From: a virus
DNA length: 64,000 nucleotides
Direction: 5' to 3' (one strand)
Virus record (IMG/VR): IMGVR_UViG_3300042868_011386
Coordinates: 25,458-89,457 of that record
Shown here: positions 8,721 to 19,124 of the stretch, piece after piece
Layout of the letters: each line of letters opens with the position of its first letter
How positions within the stretch are numbered: position 1 is the first letter of the stretch
Position numbers and translations under genes: made by a program
The notes under the pieces: model-generated
The model's input: only the letters and a program-made list of their open reading frames with translations
The model's database searches: none
What the model was told of the DNA's origin: nothing

Positions 8721-9779
8721 ATGTCATTTTTTGCAAAATATCCTAAAATAAACTATGATTTATTTTCAGATGGTTCAATATTTGAGCTTACTGATATTTC
8801 TCGTTCAGTAATTATAAATTCAAATCGTATTGCGGATGACAGCGCGCTATACACATATTATAGTATAAATGATGGTGATCGTCCTGATATAGTTTCGCAT
8901 AAACTGTATAAAAATTCCTCTTATTATTGGACATTTTTTATCATAAATGATTTTTTACGTGATGGTTATACATCATCATGGCCATTATCATATCGAAATT
9001 TTACAAAAATGATAGAGCAAGAATATGCAAAATATTCAGCGCTATCAATTAAACCAACTACAAACCCACAACTAGAATTAGACGGCACCGGATTTTTGGA
9101 TATGTCGTTTATACCAGTAACTTCTCAATATTTGCCATACTTAAAGTTTGTGTCTGGCGATGGCGAGTATCGTTCAAATTTTATTCGATATGACGCTAAA
9201 AGACATCAGTGCATTATAACTGATATTCATAAAGTTATTGATTCAAAAAGAATTGAAGTGTCATCTAGAGAAACCTTTGTAGAAAGTACAAATCACGCAT
9301 ATAAAATAGTTTGGGATGACTCAGTACGTGAGTTAAACCTGTTTTCTACAGACACTGAAGCGATCATTTTAGCGAAACGCAAAGATGCTGAAGCTAAAAA
9401 TATAACTTTAAAAACAGAATGGATTGACTCGATCTATTCTATGATTACACAATATGACATTACTGGAACGCGTGAACATATTGCAGCGAAAACCGCAAAA
9501 GAAGACTATATTCTTTCTAAAACACTTATGGTTGCAAAGCCAGAGTTTAGATGGAGTGACTATTCGAATGCTGCATACGAGTATTATTCACCAAATGATA
9601 CTGTGTTAAGTGCATATGACGCCTTAACAAATGATCTTATAGTTAACCCCAAACTAACATCATTTTTTGAATATGAAACTAATATAAATGAATCAAAGCG
9701 CATGATAAGAGTAATACGTTCAGAATTTATAAGTGAATTTTCTGACCAATACTTTAACACTATAAATGATGTAACATAA
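8721..9779 (+). CDS. gp53: Baseplate wedge subunit gp53
   Basis: FF..YPKI.Y, Y.I.DGDRPDIVS.KLY....YYW, WPLS, C-terminal EYE...NE.KR.I.VI. Confidence 0.85.
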   Translation: MSFFAKYPKINYDLFSDGSIFELTDISRSVIINSNRIADDSALYTYYSINDGDRPDIVSHKLYKNSSYYWTFFIINDFLRDGYTSSWPLSYRNFTKMIEQEYAKYSALSIKPTTNPQLELDGTGFLDMSFIPVTSQYLPYLKFVSGDGEYRSNFIRYDAKRHQCIITDIHKVIDSKRIEVSSRETFVESTNHAYKIVWDDSVRELNLFSTDTEAIILAKRKDAEAKNITLKTEWIDSIYSMITQYDITGTREHIAAKTAKEDYILSKTLMVAKPEFRWSDYSNAAYEYYSPNDTVLSAYDALTNDLIVNPKLTSFFEYETNINESKRMIRVIRSEFISEFSDQYFNTINDVT

Positions 9780-9781
9780 TT

Positions 9782-11719
9782 ATGTCAGCCAAACCAATAA
9801 ACCCGGCGCATTCAAAAAATACTCCTAAGATTGGCTATAGCGATCAGCCAAACGTTAAATTGCCTGGCGCATTTGAAGTTGAAAAATTTGATATAATAGA
9901 TTCGCAAGGAGTTAGAAAAGATATAAGAAGTTTAGTTGAATCATTTACAATTACTAGTGAATTGTTTTCTCCAGTGCTAACTCTCTCAGCGTCTCTACGT
10001 GATACAGAAAAATTATTTGAACCAGTTGATGGTAAACAACTACAAATATATGGTCAAGAAAATATTGAAATAAAGATTAAACCTGGAATTGGAGATGCGA
10101 TAGAGCACACATTTTCAGTAAAGGAATATCCAACTCTTGTTCGTACACTAGACTTTCCACACACTCAAATTTATACACTTTTAGCAATTTCAGAGTTTGC
10201 TTATCGCAGCAGTCTTATGAATATATGTAGAGTGCTTGATGATGGAAAATCATTAGATAAAAATATTGAAACTATTTTTAAAGATGACTTGGGGCTAACA
10301 GAATTTAATGTGGAAGGAGACATAGAAACTAAATTTAAAGGAATTATAAACATTCAGCGGCCACTCCAAGCCGCCGAGTGGTTACGTTCACGTTGCTTTA
10401 CCGAAAACGGCTCTCCATTTTTCTTATACAGCAATACTACTCGCCCTGGAGTAATCTTTCTATCTTCATGGTCGAATCTTTCCGGAAAGACTTCTCCAAT
10501 TGTCGCAAAATATGTGTTTAAACCATTTATCAAAGAAGAACCTGGAACGGCAGAGCATACTACAGCCGAAAGAAATCGTCTGTTGAGTATGACGTCTTCA
10601 ATCAAACTTGATCGTTTAAAAGCATCAAATGCTGGTGCCTATGCAAGTCGCTATAATGTTATAGATTTTTCTTCAAAGGCATTTTATGTTTTAGACTTTA
10701 ATGGTAAAGAGACGTCAGATTGGAAACCACGTAAGTATAATATCAAGGATAGAAGTGGAAATTCTCAATCTGCCACAATGCATACAATTGCAAGTTCTAA
10801 TGTTGTCAGTGTGCATGTAAATAGAGGCATTTCTGAAACTGGTGATGGCAACAGCGGCGGGGTTGCGTATAATTCTATTACTGCATGCGAACGATATTTG
10901 CCCCCATCCAGAGCACTATATGCTCGATTAAATGAGGTTAATCATGACATTGTAGTTTACGGAGACACCGCAATGCAACCCGGCGTAAAAATAAATTTAA
11001 AAGTGCCAAAGCCAAAATTAGAAAATGATAGAGCAGAAGAGGAAATTGATGAACTTGCATCTGGAGACTATGTTATTCTTGTGGCTTCATCTATTTTTTC
11101 TAACGGCATACATACAAATAAGTTAAAAGTTGCCAAACTTGTTCCTAGTGTAGAAGGAAATATATTAGATTCAGTCGGCCCATCAAATGTTAATCAAACT
11201 GGACAAGTTGCTAATAATGCAAACATAAATCCAAATGGTACTGGAAAAACTGCACCAACTACTGAGAGTCAAAAAGCATACTATACAAAAATGTATAACG
11301 CATTATACAAAGAGGCTGTTGCTAAGGGACTGCCAAATCCAGACGTTGTTGCACGACTTGGGGCTGCTCAAACCTGTTTAGAGACTGGATATGGCACTCG
11401 AATGGTTGGAAATAATGCATTTGGAATAAAGGCACATACCGGCAGCGGTAATGCTGGTGCAGTCACTGCATCAACAAAAGAAGTTATAAATGGAAAAACA
11501 ATTACAATAAATGATAGCTTTAGGGCATACAACAGTGTTGAAGACAGCGCAGTGGGATATATTGATTTCTTAACTAAAAATAAACGATATTCAACAGTGT
11601 TAGCTTCAACAAATATAGATGACGCAGTAACTGCAATAGGGCAATCTGGATATGCAACTTCCCCAGTGTATGCGCGCGATGTTGGTTCAATTGCTAGAAA
11701 ATTCCAATATGAAAATTGA
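9782..11719 (+). CDS. gp27-like hub protein fused to a C-terminal GH73 (FlgJ-like) glucosaminidase
   Basis: Position between gp53 and gp5; C-terminus has AQ..LETG.G, NNAFGIKA, FRAYNS, GYATSP.Y. The gp27 call rests mainly on gene order. Confidence 0.7.
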   Translation: MSAKPINPAHSKNTPKIGYSDQPNVKLPGAFEVEKFDIIDSQGVRKDIRSLVESFTITSELFSPVLTLSASLRDTEKLFEPVDGKQLQIYGQENIEIKIKPGIGDAIEHTFSVKEYPTLVRTLDFPHTQIYTLLAISEFAYRSSLMNICRVLDDGKSLDKNIETIFKDDLGLTEFNVEGDIETKFKGIINIQRPLQAAEWLRSRCFTENGSPFFLYSNTTRPGVIFLSSWSNLSGKTSPIVAKYVFKPFIKEEPGTAEHTTAERNRLLSMTSSIKLDRLKASNAGAYASRYNVIDFSSKAFYVLDFNGKETSDWKPRKYNIKDRSGNSQSATMHTIASSNVVSVHVNRGISETGDGNSGGVAYNSITACERYLPPSRALYARLNEVNHDIVVYGDTAMQPGVKINLKVPKPKLENDRAEEEIDELASGDYVILVASSIFSNGIHTNKLKVAKLVPSVEGNILDSVGPSNVNQTGQVANNANINPNGTGKTAPTTESQKAYYTKMYNALYKEAVAKGLPNPDVVARLGAAQTCLETGYGTRMVGNNAFGIKAHTGSGNAGAVTASTKEVINGKTITINDSFRAYNSVEDSAVGYIDFLTKNKRYSTVLASTNIDDAVTAIGQSGYATSPVYARDVGSIARKFQYEN

Positions 11720-12224
11720 TCATTGGTTTACAGCTATTGTGGAGAATATTGCAGACCCGCTAAATGCAGGTCGGGTGCAGGTGCGTTGCTATGAATATCA
11801 TGAACTTAATGATGTGAATAGTATACCGAGCGAAAAATTGCCATGGGCGACTCCACTCTTACCAATTACTAGTGCGAGCAACTCGGCAGTAGGTGCAAGT
11901 GCAACAGGGCTAATGGTTGGTAGTTGGGTTTTTGGTTTTTTTAGAGACGAGGATTTGCAAGACCCCGTTATAATTGCAACAATACCTGGAACAACAAATT
12001 TAAGTGGTGGTGGCGCTGACATACCACAGGATGCAATATCATCTTCGGTAGGAAGCTCATTTGTAAGTGGAACAAACACTTCGCAATATGTAGATGGCTC
12101 CCCAGTAGCAAATTCAGCAAATACTTCTGCGCTTGATGGCGCGCCTGCGCCATGGGCCGATAGCAAAGTTGCTACTGGCGCTGTAGATTCATTTGTTAAT
12201 GATGTACTTAAGTCTTCAGAATAA
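11709..12224 (+). CDS. gp5 N-terminal OB-fold domain as a separate gene
   Basis: WF..IVE...DPL..GRVQVRC...H, LPWA..L.P, GSWVFGFFRD...Q.PVI..TIPG. Confidence 0.85.
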   Translation: MKIDHWFTAIVENIADPLNAGRVQVRCYEYHELNDVNSIPSEKLPWATPLLPITSASNSAVGASATGLMVGSWVFGFFRDEDLQDPVIIATIPGTTNLSGGGADIPQDAISSSVGSSFVSGTNTSQYVDGSPVANSANTSALDGAPAPWADSKVATGAVDSFVNDVLKSSE

Positions 12225-12232
12225 TTAAAATT

Positions 12233-13117
12233 ATGTCTAATGTTTCAAATCAATGGTGTGCTGAAAAATTAACTGGATTTTTAAAATCATCGGTTAAACC
12301 AGAAAGTGCAGATCTTCCTACTGACACAAGTAGTTTAACTAATTGGTTAAATTGGCCTCTAGGCAAAGGAGCCAAATATATGACACAAATATCAAGTCCT
12401 AAAAATTTGTATAAAGGTGATATTATTATTAGAAGCGGTGCTGAAGACTATATTGCAGTTGTGTATGATGGCGGTCCAGTGTCAGGAACTTACAAAATTG
12501 CAGAATTTGACTATATTTCTAAAAAGATTGTTAAAAAAAGTACTACTGGTCCAGTGGCATACATATTACGTATACGAGGCGCATATGGGGATCCAGGAAT
12601 TACGAGTACTGCTGCTGATGGCAAAAAAGTTAGCAGACGATCAAGTTTTCTTGTAAGATCTGGTTCTGTAGCAGTTGACAATAGACTTATTGATATAATA
12701 GAAAGCGCTGGTATGGCTATGCCAGACGGTTATACTACTCAGTTAACTTCAGGTGTGAGACCAGGAGACTCTAGATTTCATGGTCGCGGAAAAGCAATTG
12801 ATATACAACTATATCTAAATGGCAGATCATTGGGACGATATCAGGTTGCATCAGACTTTAGACATTATGAAATATTTGCGCAAAAAGCACGACAAATTCA
12901 AACTGCTAAATATCCAGAATTAAACGTTGCATTTAGGTTTGGTGGTTATTTTTCAGGAACCAGAGCAAACTATGGAGCATTAGACTCTATGCATTTTGAT
13001 ATTGGTGGTTCCGCTGGTCTAGGTACTGGTGGTGGGTCTTGGGCAAATGGTTTAACTTCTACTATGAGAAATTATTGGGCAGGCGTTACTAGCGTAGGCA
13101 TGGGCGGAGCAGCATAA
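12233..13117 (+). CDS. Putative virion peptidoglycan hydrolase: degenerate CHAP/NlpC-like N-terminus plus peptidase M15-like domain
   Basis: WCA and KGDIII motifs; SGVR....S.FH..GKAID and MHFD (M15-type Zn ligands). Confidence 0.6.
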   Translation: MSNVSNQWCAEKLTGFLKSSVKPESADLPTDTSSLTNWLNWPLGKGAKYMTQISSPKNLYKGDIIIRSGAEDYIAVVYDGGPVSGTYKIAEFDYISKKIVKKSTTGPVAYILRIRGAYGDPGITSTAADGKKVSRRSSFLVRSGSVAVDNRLIDIIESAGMAMPDGYTTQLTSGVRPGDSRFHGRGKAIDIQLYLNGRSLGRYQVASDFRHYEIFAQKARQIQTAKYPELNVAFRFGGYFSGTRANYGALDSMHFDIGGSAGLGTGGGSWANGLTSTMRNYWAGVTSVGMGGAA

Positions 13118-13142
13118 GGCTTATATATAGAATAGATAAATT

Positions 13143-13997
13143 ATGTCAAATAGTAGTTTTAGCGCACCATACCCAACTTCTCAATCAGTATATCCATATA
13201 ATAATGTGACGCAGTCACGTTCTGGACATGTCTTTGAAGTAGACGACACTCTTGGACATGAACGCATAAAGGAAAAACATAAGTCTGGATCATATCGTGA
13301 AATACACGCAGATGGTTCAAGTACTGTAGTTATAGTTTCAAAGCATCATACAACTATTCACAGAGATGGAGAAGTTACTATTATTGGTAATGCTAAAGTT
13401 GATATAGGTGCCGCTGGATCAGTATCAAATGTAACAATCACCGTAAATGGTAATGTTAAAATGGAGGTAAAAGGCAATTATGAACAAACTGTTGAAGGCG
13501 AATATAAATTAAAATGTGGATCATATAAAAACGAAGTACTTGGTGATAAGGCCGAAAACGTTGTTGGCAAAAAAGATAGCATAATTGGTAATGGTGTAAA
13601 CAACACTGTTCGAGCAGGTGGTATAAAAAGCATGGTTGTAGGTAGCTGTGAAAAAACCGTTCTTGGAGGATATACTGGAATATATACTGGTACGGCTGAT
13701 ACTACTGCACTCCTTGGAGTAAGTATGTCATCTCCAGCGGGACCAGCCACAGTTGGAGGACTCTCGGCAGCTGTTGATAGCGCAACTACATTAAATATGA
13801 CATCACTTGGATTGACAAATATGACTTCATCATTTACAAATATAACTACTCCATTAGTTAGTGTGCTTGGAGGAGGAGTTGTGGCAGCTGGTGATCTTCG
13901 GGCTGGAGCTGGAACTACTGGGTTGTTAACTCACCTTCACCTTGGTGACGGATCCAAAGGGATTCCAACTCCTACTGTGCCTGGCGCCCTCGGATAA
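13143..13997 (+). CDS. gp5 C-terminal beta-helix spike as a separate gene, with an HxH apex
   Basis: YPYNNV..S.SGHVFE.DDT.G.ERI...HKSG.Y.EI..DG; V.G repeats; ends LLTHLH. Confidence 0.85.
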   Translation: MSNSSFSAPYPTSQSVYPYNNVTQSRSGHVFEVDDTLGHERIKEKHKSGSYREIHADGSSTVVIVSKHHTTIHRDGEVTIIGNAKVDIGAAGSVSNVTITVNGNVKMEVKGNYEQTVEGEYKLKCGSYKNEVLGDKAENVVGKKDSIIGNGVNNTVRAGGIKSMVVGSCEKTVLGGYTGIYTGTADTTALLGVSMSSPAGPATVGGLSAAVDSATTLNMTSLGLTNMTSSFTNITTPLVSVLGGGVVAAGDLRAGAGTTGLLTHLHLGDGSKGIPTPTVPGALG

Positions 13998-14018
13998 AAA
14001 TGATACTAAACTAAAAAT

Positions 14019-16781
14019 ATGCCACTTACAATTTCAAATATTGCCGATCAAAACCTACTTGGCGTGGCAGAGTCTACTGGCCCACTTAGTTTCACAATTG
14101 CATATCCAGAAAATCCATCAGCGACATTTACAGTTAGCGCTAACAGCAGTAATACCGGACTCGTCCCTATTGTAAATATTGTGTTTGGAGGAAGCGGAGC
14201 AAACCGTACAGTTACGGTGACACCTGTAAGCAGCAGAAAGGGTACGGCAACAATCACAATCACTGCAACAGTAAGCGGCACCTCAGTTACTGCAGCAGAA
14301 ACATTTTTATTTACAGCAAATCGCCCGTCGGTATATACCGATACATATATGGATTGGACAGCTATAACTGGCCAAGTTGACACCTATTTGTATATAAATT
14401 TTAAGCCTGAAGTATTTAATAGCGAAACATTAACCTATCAAAACTTTAAAGCACAACATCGCCCAATAGAATTAATCTATAACGGACAAACACGTTTTCA
14501 GGATCTAATAGAAAGCTTTACAATTGTTACTCAAGTTGGGGCAAATGGAATTAATAGAGCTCCATTTAATGTTGAAACTCCGGCTAATCCATATAATTAT
14601 GGCACGACTGGACCAACAATGTTAAAAAGACGTCCATGGAGAGTTGAAATAATACCAGTAACAGACCCCGGTCTTACAGTTGATATACAATACGAGAGTA
14701 GAATGGCCGGCATTTCCAATGTTCCAAAGCGGGTTGGTCGCTATGATATTACAATAAATGTCACATATGTTCGAAATTTACCAATAGTTTCATATCCTGA
14801 TATTCAAAATGGGATATATCCAACACACTTACATAATGGCACATATCGTGGTTTTTGGAGTAGTTATCAAGACAAACCAAGTACATTTCCAGTACAGGGT
14901 AATATATTTAATGAAATATCTTTTGATAACCCAATTTTTAATAACAATGAAGATGCGCTAACTGAATTTCAGCTTGATAGGCTCAAGACAGAAACATTTT
15001 TGTATGATTTTAACACTCGAAGAGCTCCATACAAAGGCTATGGTGACCCATCTAAATATTTAGTAATACATCCACGCCCAATTGGAGCTACTTTTACTAA
15101 AACTGAATATGTGTATTATGGAAATACTCATGTTCCCGAATTTATTACTGATCCGCAGATACTAGATGTTGACGACCCAAACTATCCAGGTAATATACCA
15201 GTTAGATTGACATATGCAAAGGCAAATGAGACGTCTCCAGATCTTTTTTCTGCATTGACTCCTCCAATTGAAGTTGGCACATACACTGTTACAGTAGAAG
15301 CAGTAGATTTAAACTATACTGGTTCAGTAACTCAAGAAATTAAAGTAGTTCCAGTTTCTCCCACTGCTGCACAAGCAGCTGCAGCTGAATATCAGGAAAA
15401 AGTGGATCTTTTTGAAGCAGAAGTAGTTTCTAACCCTAAAAATAGTAGTTTAAGCAGTTCATCATATGTGTCATATTCTGAAAATGTATCAACATCAGAC
15501 TTTATAAAAAGCGGTGTACTTTCATTTTTAGAGAAAAGTGATATTCCAGCGCTTGGCACAGTAAAAACCCTTACTGAATGTGCACAAAATTTACCACAAA
15601 AATTAATGATTTTTGTTGCTGCAAAAATAGCAGCACTTATACTTAGTTATATTCCAGGAGTTGGCATTTTAAACCTGCTAACTTCAGTAATGGATCTTAT
15701 CAAAAAGGTTCAACAGATACTGGCACTCATTGAGTTTGCCAAAGACAACCCATGGGCATTTGCAAATATGGTTCTTGAGGCTACAGGCGCCTATACTGCA
15801 TTGGGAAATTTTGCAAATGAACAAATTGACGCTCTTAAATCACAGTTTCCAGGCATTACTGAAGGAGTTGGTGATGTCGCTGGATTTGTAAAAGACGTCG
15901 CGAATGGACTTGTTGATATTTGTAATGCAGTTGATATTAATGGCAATCCACTTGCTAAGTATATAAAGGCTGACAATACAAAAACACCAGAGGCAATTGT
16001 ATCATTTATTCCAGCTACTTCGCGCCAACCTATTGAGGCAAAAGGTAAGTATGACCTCTTTCAATTTAGGTTAAGAGACGCATTAAATAAAGACACAGAT
16101 AAAATTAATACTTTAACTACTGAAGGAAACACTGCTGGTTTACAGGAATATGTTTCAATGCTTACGGCAGTGCATGAACTTGCCTATAACTATCATGACC
16201 GCATCTCCGCGACTGGTGCTGGATCTGGCTTGTTGAGTGGAAGCAGTACAACATCTGATGGTTTGGATTCAGTCTATAATATACTCAGCGAGGCGACTGG
16301 CATACTCTCTAGTGTATATCCACAAAATTCTGGCACAACAAACATTACGTCAACAGATGCAAGTGGGAGTAAAAAGAAAAGTGGTCTTTCAGTAGATTCA
16401 TTGAATTCTGGTCTTGGAGCAGCTGCAAATGTAGTTAAAGGCATTAGTAGTGGAGTAGGATCAGTTGGAAGTTTCTTATCTGGAGAAACTGGGTTTTCTT
16501 TAACCGGTCTTAAAAATGAGTTTAATTATTTTGCAAAAGAAACTTTATTGAAAAACCCAGCATGGTCATCAGAAACAGTTAACGAATACAACAAGCGCGT
16601 AAATAAAATAAAATACGAAATGGAAAATAACTCTGAAGCAATACGTAATAACCCTGCAAATGCGGGGGTGTCTGCTGCCTCAAGTATAAACTCTGCCTCC
16701 TCATCTTCTGGCTCTTCCTTTTTAAATAGTATAAGTTCGTTTGCCAGTTCTCCACTTGCTGGTTCATTTTTAAACAAATAA
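14019..16781 (+). CDS. Large hypothetical virion protein with Ig-like and MBG-like domains and a helical hydrophobic C-terminal half
   Basis: SSNTGLVP..NIVFGGSGANRTVTVTP...GTATITIT; VGTYTVTV...D.NYTGS; hydrophobic LMIFVAAKIAALILSYIPGVGILNLL. Confidence 0.5.
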   Translation: MPLTISNIADQNLLGVAESTGPLSFTIAYPENPSATFTVSANSSNTGLVPIVNIVFGGSGANRTVTVTPVSSRKGTATITITATVSGTSVTAAETFLFTANRPSVYTDTYMDWTAITGQVDTYLYINFKPEVFNSETLTYQNFKAQHRPIELIYNGQTRFQDLIESFTIVTQVGANGINRAPFNVETPANPYNYGTTGPTMLKRRPWRVEIIPVTDPGLTVDIQYESRMAGISNVPKRVGRYDITINVTYVRNLPIVSYPDIQNGIYPTHLHNGTYRGFWSSYQDKPSTFPVQGNIFNEISFDNPIFNNNEDALTEFQLDRLKTETFLYDFNTRRAPYKGYGDPSKYLVIHPRPIGATFTKTEYVYYGNTHVPEFITDPQILDVDDPNYPGNIPVRLTYAKANETSPDLFSALTPPIEVGTYTVTVEAVDLNYTGSVTQEIKVVPVSPTAAQAAAAEYQEKVDLFEAEVVSNPKNSSLSSSSYVSYSENVSTSDFIKSGVLSFLEKSDIPALGTVKTLTECAQNLPQKLMIFVAAKIAALILSYIPGVGILNLLTSVMDLIKKVQQILALIEFAKDNPWAFANMVLEATGAYTALGNFANEQIDALKSQFPGITEGVGDVAGFVKDVANGLVDICNAVDINGNPLAKYIKADNTKTPEAIVSFIPATSRQPIEAKGKYDLFQFRLRDALNKDTDKINTLTTEGNTAGLQEYVSMLTAVHELAYNYHDRISATGAGSGLLSGSSTTSDGLDSVYNILSEATGILSSVYPQNSGTTNITSTDASGSKKKSGLSVDSLNSGLGAAANVVKGISSGVGSVGSFLSGETGFSLTGLKNEFNYFAKETLLKNPAWSSETVNEYNKRVNKIKYEMENNSEAIRNNPANAGVSAASSINSASSSSGSSFLNSISSFASSPLAGSFLNK

Positions 16782-16798
16782 CTCGTCGACTATATTTG

Positions 16799-16806
16799 TA
16801 TAAATA
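16799..16806 (+). promoter_or_regulatory. Late promoter for gp25
   Basis: TATAAATA 4 nt before the ATG. Confidence 0.8.
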
Positions 16807-16810
16807 GAAT

Positions 16811-17242
16811 ATGAGCCGCAACCTGTCTGACTATAATGATTCTAGAACGACAGTGGTGTCTAGAAAAAATTTATATTCGGATATTGATAATGCCTTTGCG
16901 ATACACCCGATCTATAATGACATCTTACCAATTACTGACATTGACTCAATAAAGCAAAGTTTAAAAAACTTACTATTGACAAACCGCTATGATCGTTGTT
17001 TTCAACCTGATGTTTATTCGGACGTAACTGCACTATTATTTGAACAGGTCGATATTTTTTCTGAAATTGAATTAAAGGAAAAAATAGAAAACATAATTGA
17101 TCAGTATGAACCACGAATAAGCGACTATGAAGTCATAGTTTCAGATGATTCTGAAAAAAATGCCTATCGAGTTTCTATTAAGTTTGAAACTTCATATGAT
17201 TCATCTTCTGAAATAGTAATATATTTAACTCGTATACGATAA
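16811..17242 (+). CDS. gp25: Baseplate wedge subunit gp25
   Basis: YSDID..F..HP...DI....D..SIKQSLKNLLLT..Y.R.FQP, YEPRI. Confidence 0.9.
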   Translation: MSRNLSDYNDSRTTVVSRKNLYSDIDNAFAIHPIYNDILPITDIDSIKQSLKNLLLTNRYDRCFQPDVYSDVTALLFEQVDIFSEIELKEKIENIIDQYEPRISDYEVIVSDDSEKNAYRVSIKFETSYDSSSEIVIYLTRIR

Positions 17243-19122
17243 TGGAAATTCCTACACAATCAGTAGCAGTCACAGAATTAGATTTTGATGCGATAAAAGC
17301 ATCTTTGATAGATTATTTTAAAACACAAGAGAGTCCATTTAAAGACTGGGACTATACTGGTTCTGGTTTAAATTTATTGATAGATGTACTTTCCCATAAT
17401 ACTCATTATAATGCGTTACTCGCGCATATGGCCGTAAATGAAAGTTTTATAGATTCGGCCCAACTTCGTCAAAACGTTGTATCTGCTGCAAAACTAATTG
17501 GATACACTCCACGTAGCGCAGTTGCTGCAAAAGCAACAATTGCCTGCAGTTTGCCTCCTCGTATTGACTCAATAAATGAATATGTAATACCAGCGGGTTC
17601 ACTATTTTCTTCAAACATAACTGATCGTACTAAAAACAGAGGTTATAGATTTACTAATTTAAATGATATTATTTGCAGCAAAAATTCAAATGGTTTATTG
17701 GCTGCAAATAACGTTGAAATATATCAAGGCGAAATTGTAACAAAGCGAATTCAAATAAATTCTGCTCAAAGTAATAATGAGTATATTATAGACGATAAAA
17801 ATATAGATTTAAATACTTTAAAAGTAGCTGTATTTCAAAATGGACGGTCAGAAATAAATGAAGTATATTCTAGATTTTCTGACATAAATGCAGTTGATAG
17901 GTCAACTCCAATTTATTTTATATATGAAAATTATAATGGAAACTATGTAATATCATTTGGTAATGGAGTATTTGGTAAAAGGCCAGATAATCTTAACATT
18001 TTAGAACTTAGTTATTTGGTTACTGATGGTGTTGGCTCAAACGGATCAAATATATTTTCATATTCAAGTTCATTTGACTCTACTAAAATTACTAAGGTTG
18101 ATATATTTACTATAAATCGTGCACTTGGTGGCGCTGATCAAGAATCAACAAGTAGTATAAAATATAACGCCCCGTTACAATATATTTCTCAAAATCGCGC
18201 TGTAACTGCAGATGATTATAAAACGTTAATACACGGAAAATTTCCAAACGTAAAATCCATATCTGTGTGGGGTGGGGAAGAAAATGAACCTCCTCAGTAT
18301 GGTAAAGTTTTTGTATCAATTAGAAAAAATAAAGACCTCAATTATACGTCTGACTTTTTAACCTATGAAGAAAAACAAGAAGTGCTATCATACTTAAGTG
18401 ACAAAAAAGTACTTTCAATATTTCCTGAAATAGTTGATCCAGAATATGTAAATATTGTTCTTGACGTGCTCTTTAAATATAACCGTAACCTTACTACATA
18501 TACAAAGATACAACTTGAAAATAAAGTTAAAGAAACAATAAGCGAGTTTAATACACAATATTTAGATTCATTTGATGGTGTGTTTCGTCATTCATTTTTA
18601 ACAAAAACTATTGACAACTCAAATCCTTCAATATTAAACTCTCATGTGAGAATTTATATTTCTAAAAGTGCTGAACTGCTTGCTGATTCTCCAGAAAAAA
18701 TAACTTTAAAATATGGTGTTCCGCTTACAGTTGACAATGACGTTACAATTATAAATTCAACTGGATGGGACTATAATGGCATAACATACTATATTGGCGA
18801 CACAAAGGATGACACATCAAGTGATGTGCGCTCACTATTCATATATTATTATGACTCAAATAATATACCAATTGTAAAAGAAAGAAATGTTGGTAAAATA
18901 ACATTAAGCACCGGAATATTAGAATTAAGTCCTCTATTTACAGATGAAAATGTCACACTAACATTAGATCTTATACCACTTTCAAATGATCTTGCTCCAA
19001 AACGCAATCAACTTATACAAATTGACTCTTCAAGATTAAACGTCTATGGTGAAGTTGATGCAATTGCGGTTGGTGGATCAAATCGTTCAGTAGAATACAC
19101 AACATTTAGTAGAGACCGTTAA
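17242..19122 (+). CDS. gp6: Baseplate wedge subunit gp6
   Basis: ELDFD.IK..L, DYTGSGL..L.D.L..NTHYNA, NE.F.DSAQLR..VVS.AK.IGY.P.S, QNRAVTADDY, WGGE.N.PP.YGKVF. Confidence 0.93.
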   Translation: MEIPTQSVAVTELDFDAIKASLIDYFKTQESPFKDWDYTGSGLNLLIDVLSHNTHYNALLAHMAVNESFIDSAQLRQNVVSAAKLIGYTPRSAVAAKATIACSLPPRIDSINEYVIPAGSLFSSNITDRTKNRGYRFTNLNDIICSKNSNGLLAANNVEIYQGEIVTKRIQINSAQSNNEYIIDDKNIDLNTLKVAVFQNGRSEINEVYSRFSDINAVDRSTPIYFIYENYNGNYVISFGNGVFGKRPDNLNILELSYLVTDGVGSNGSNIFSYSSSFDSTKITKVDIFTINRALGGADQESTSSIKYNAPLQYISQNRAVTADDYKTLIHGKFPNVKSISVWGGEENEPPQYGKVFVSIRKNKDLNYTSDFLTYEEKQEVLSYLSDKKVLSIFPEIVDPEYVNIVLDVLFKYNRNLTTYTKIQLENKVKETISEFNTQYLDSFDGVFRHSFLTKTIDNSNPSILNSHVRIYISKSAELLADSPEKITLKYGVPLTVDNDVTIINSTGWDYNGITYYIGDTKDDTSSDVRSLFIYYYDSNNIPIVKERNVGKITLSTGILELSPLFTDENVTLTLDLIPLSNDLAPKRNQLIQIDSSRLNVYGEVDAIAVGGSNRSVEYTTFSRDR

Positions 19123-19124
19123 GC

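Noticed and set aside
12222-13143. Stop-codon readthrough or alternative genetic code joining the gp5 pieces
   Set aside because: Adjacent pieces are out of frame with each other, and the other genes translate full length with the standard code
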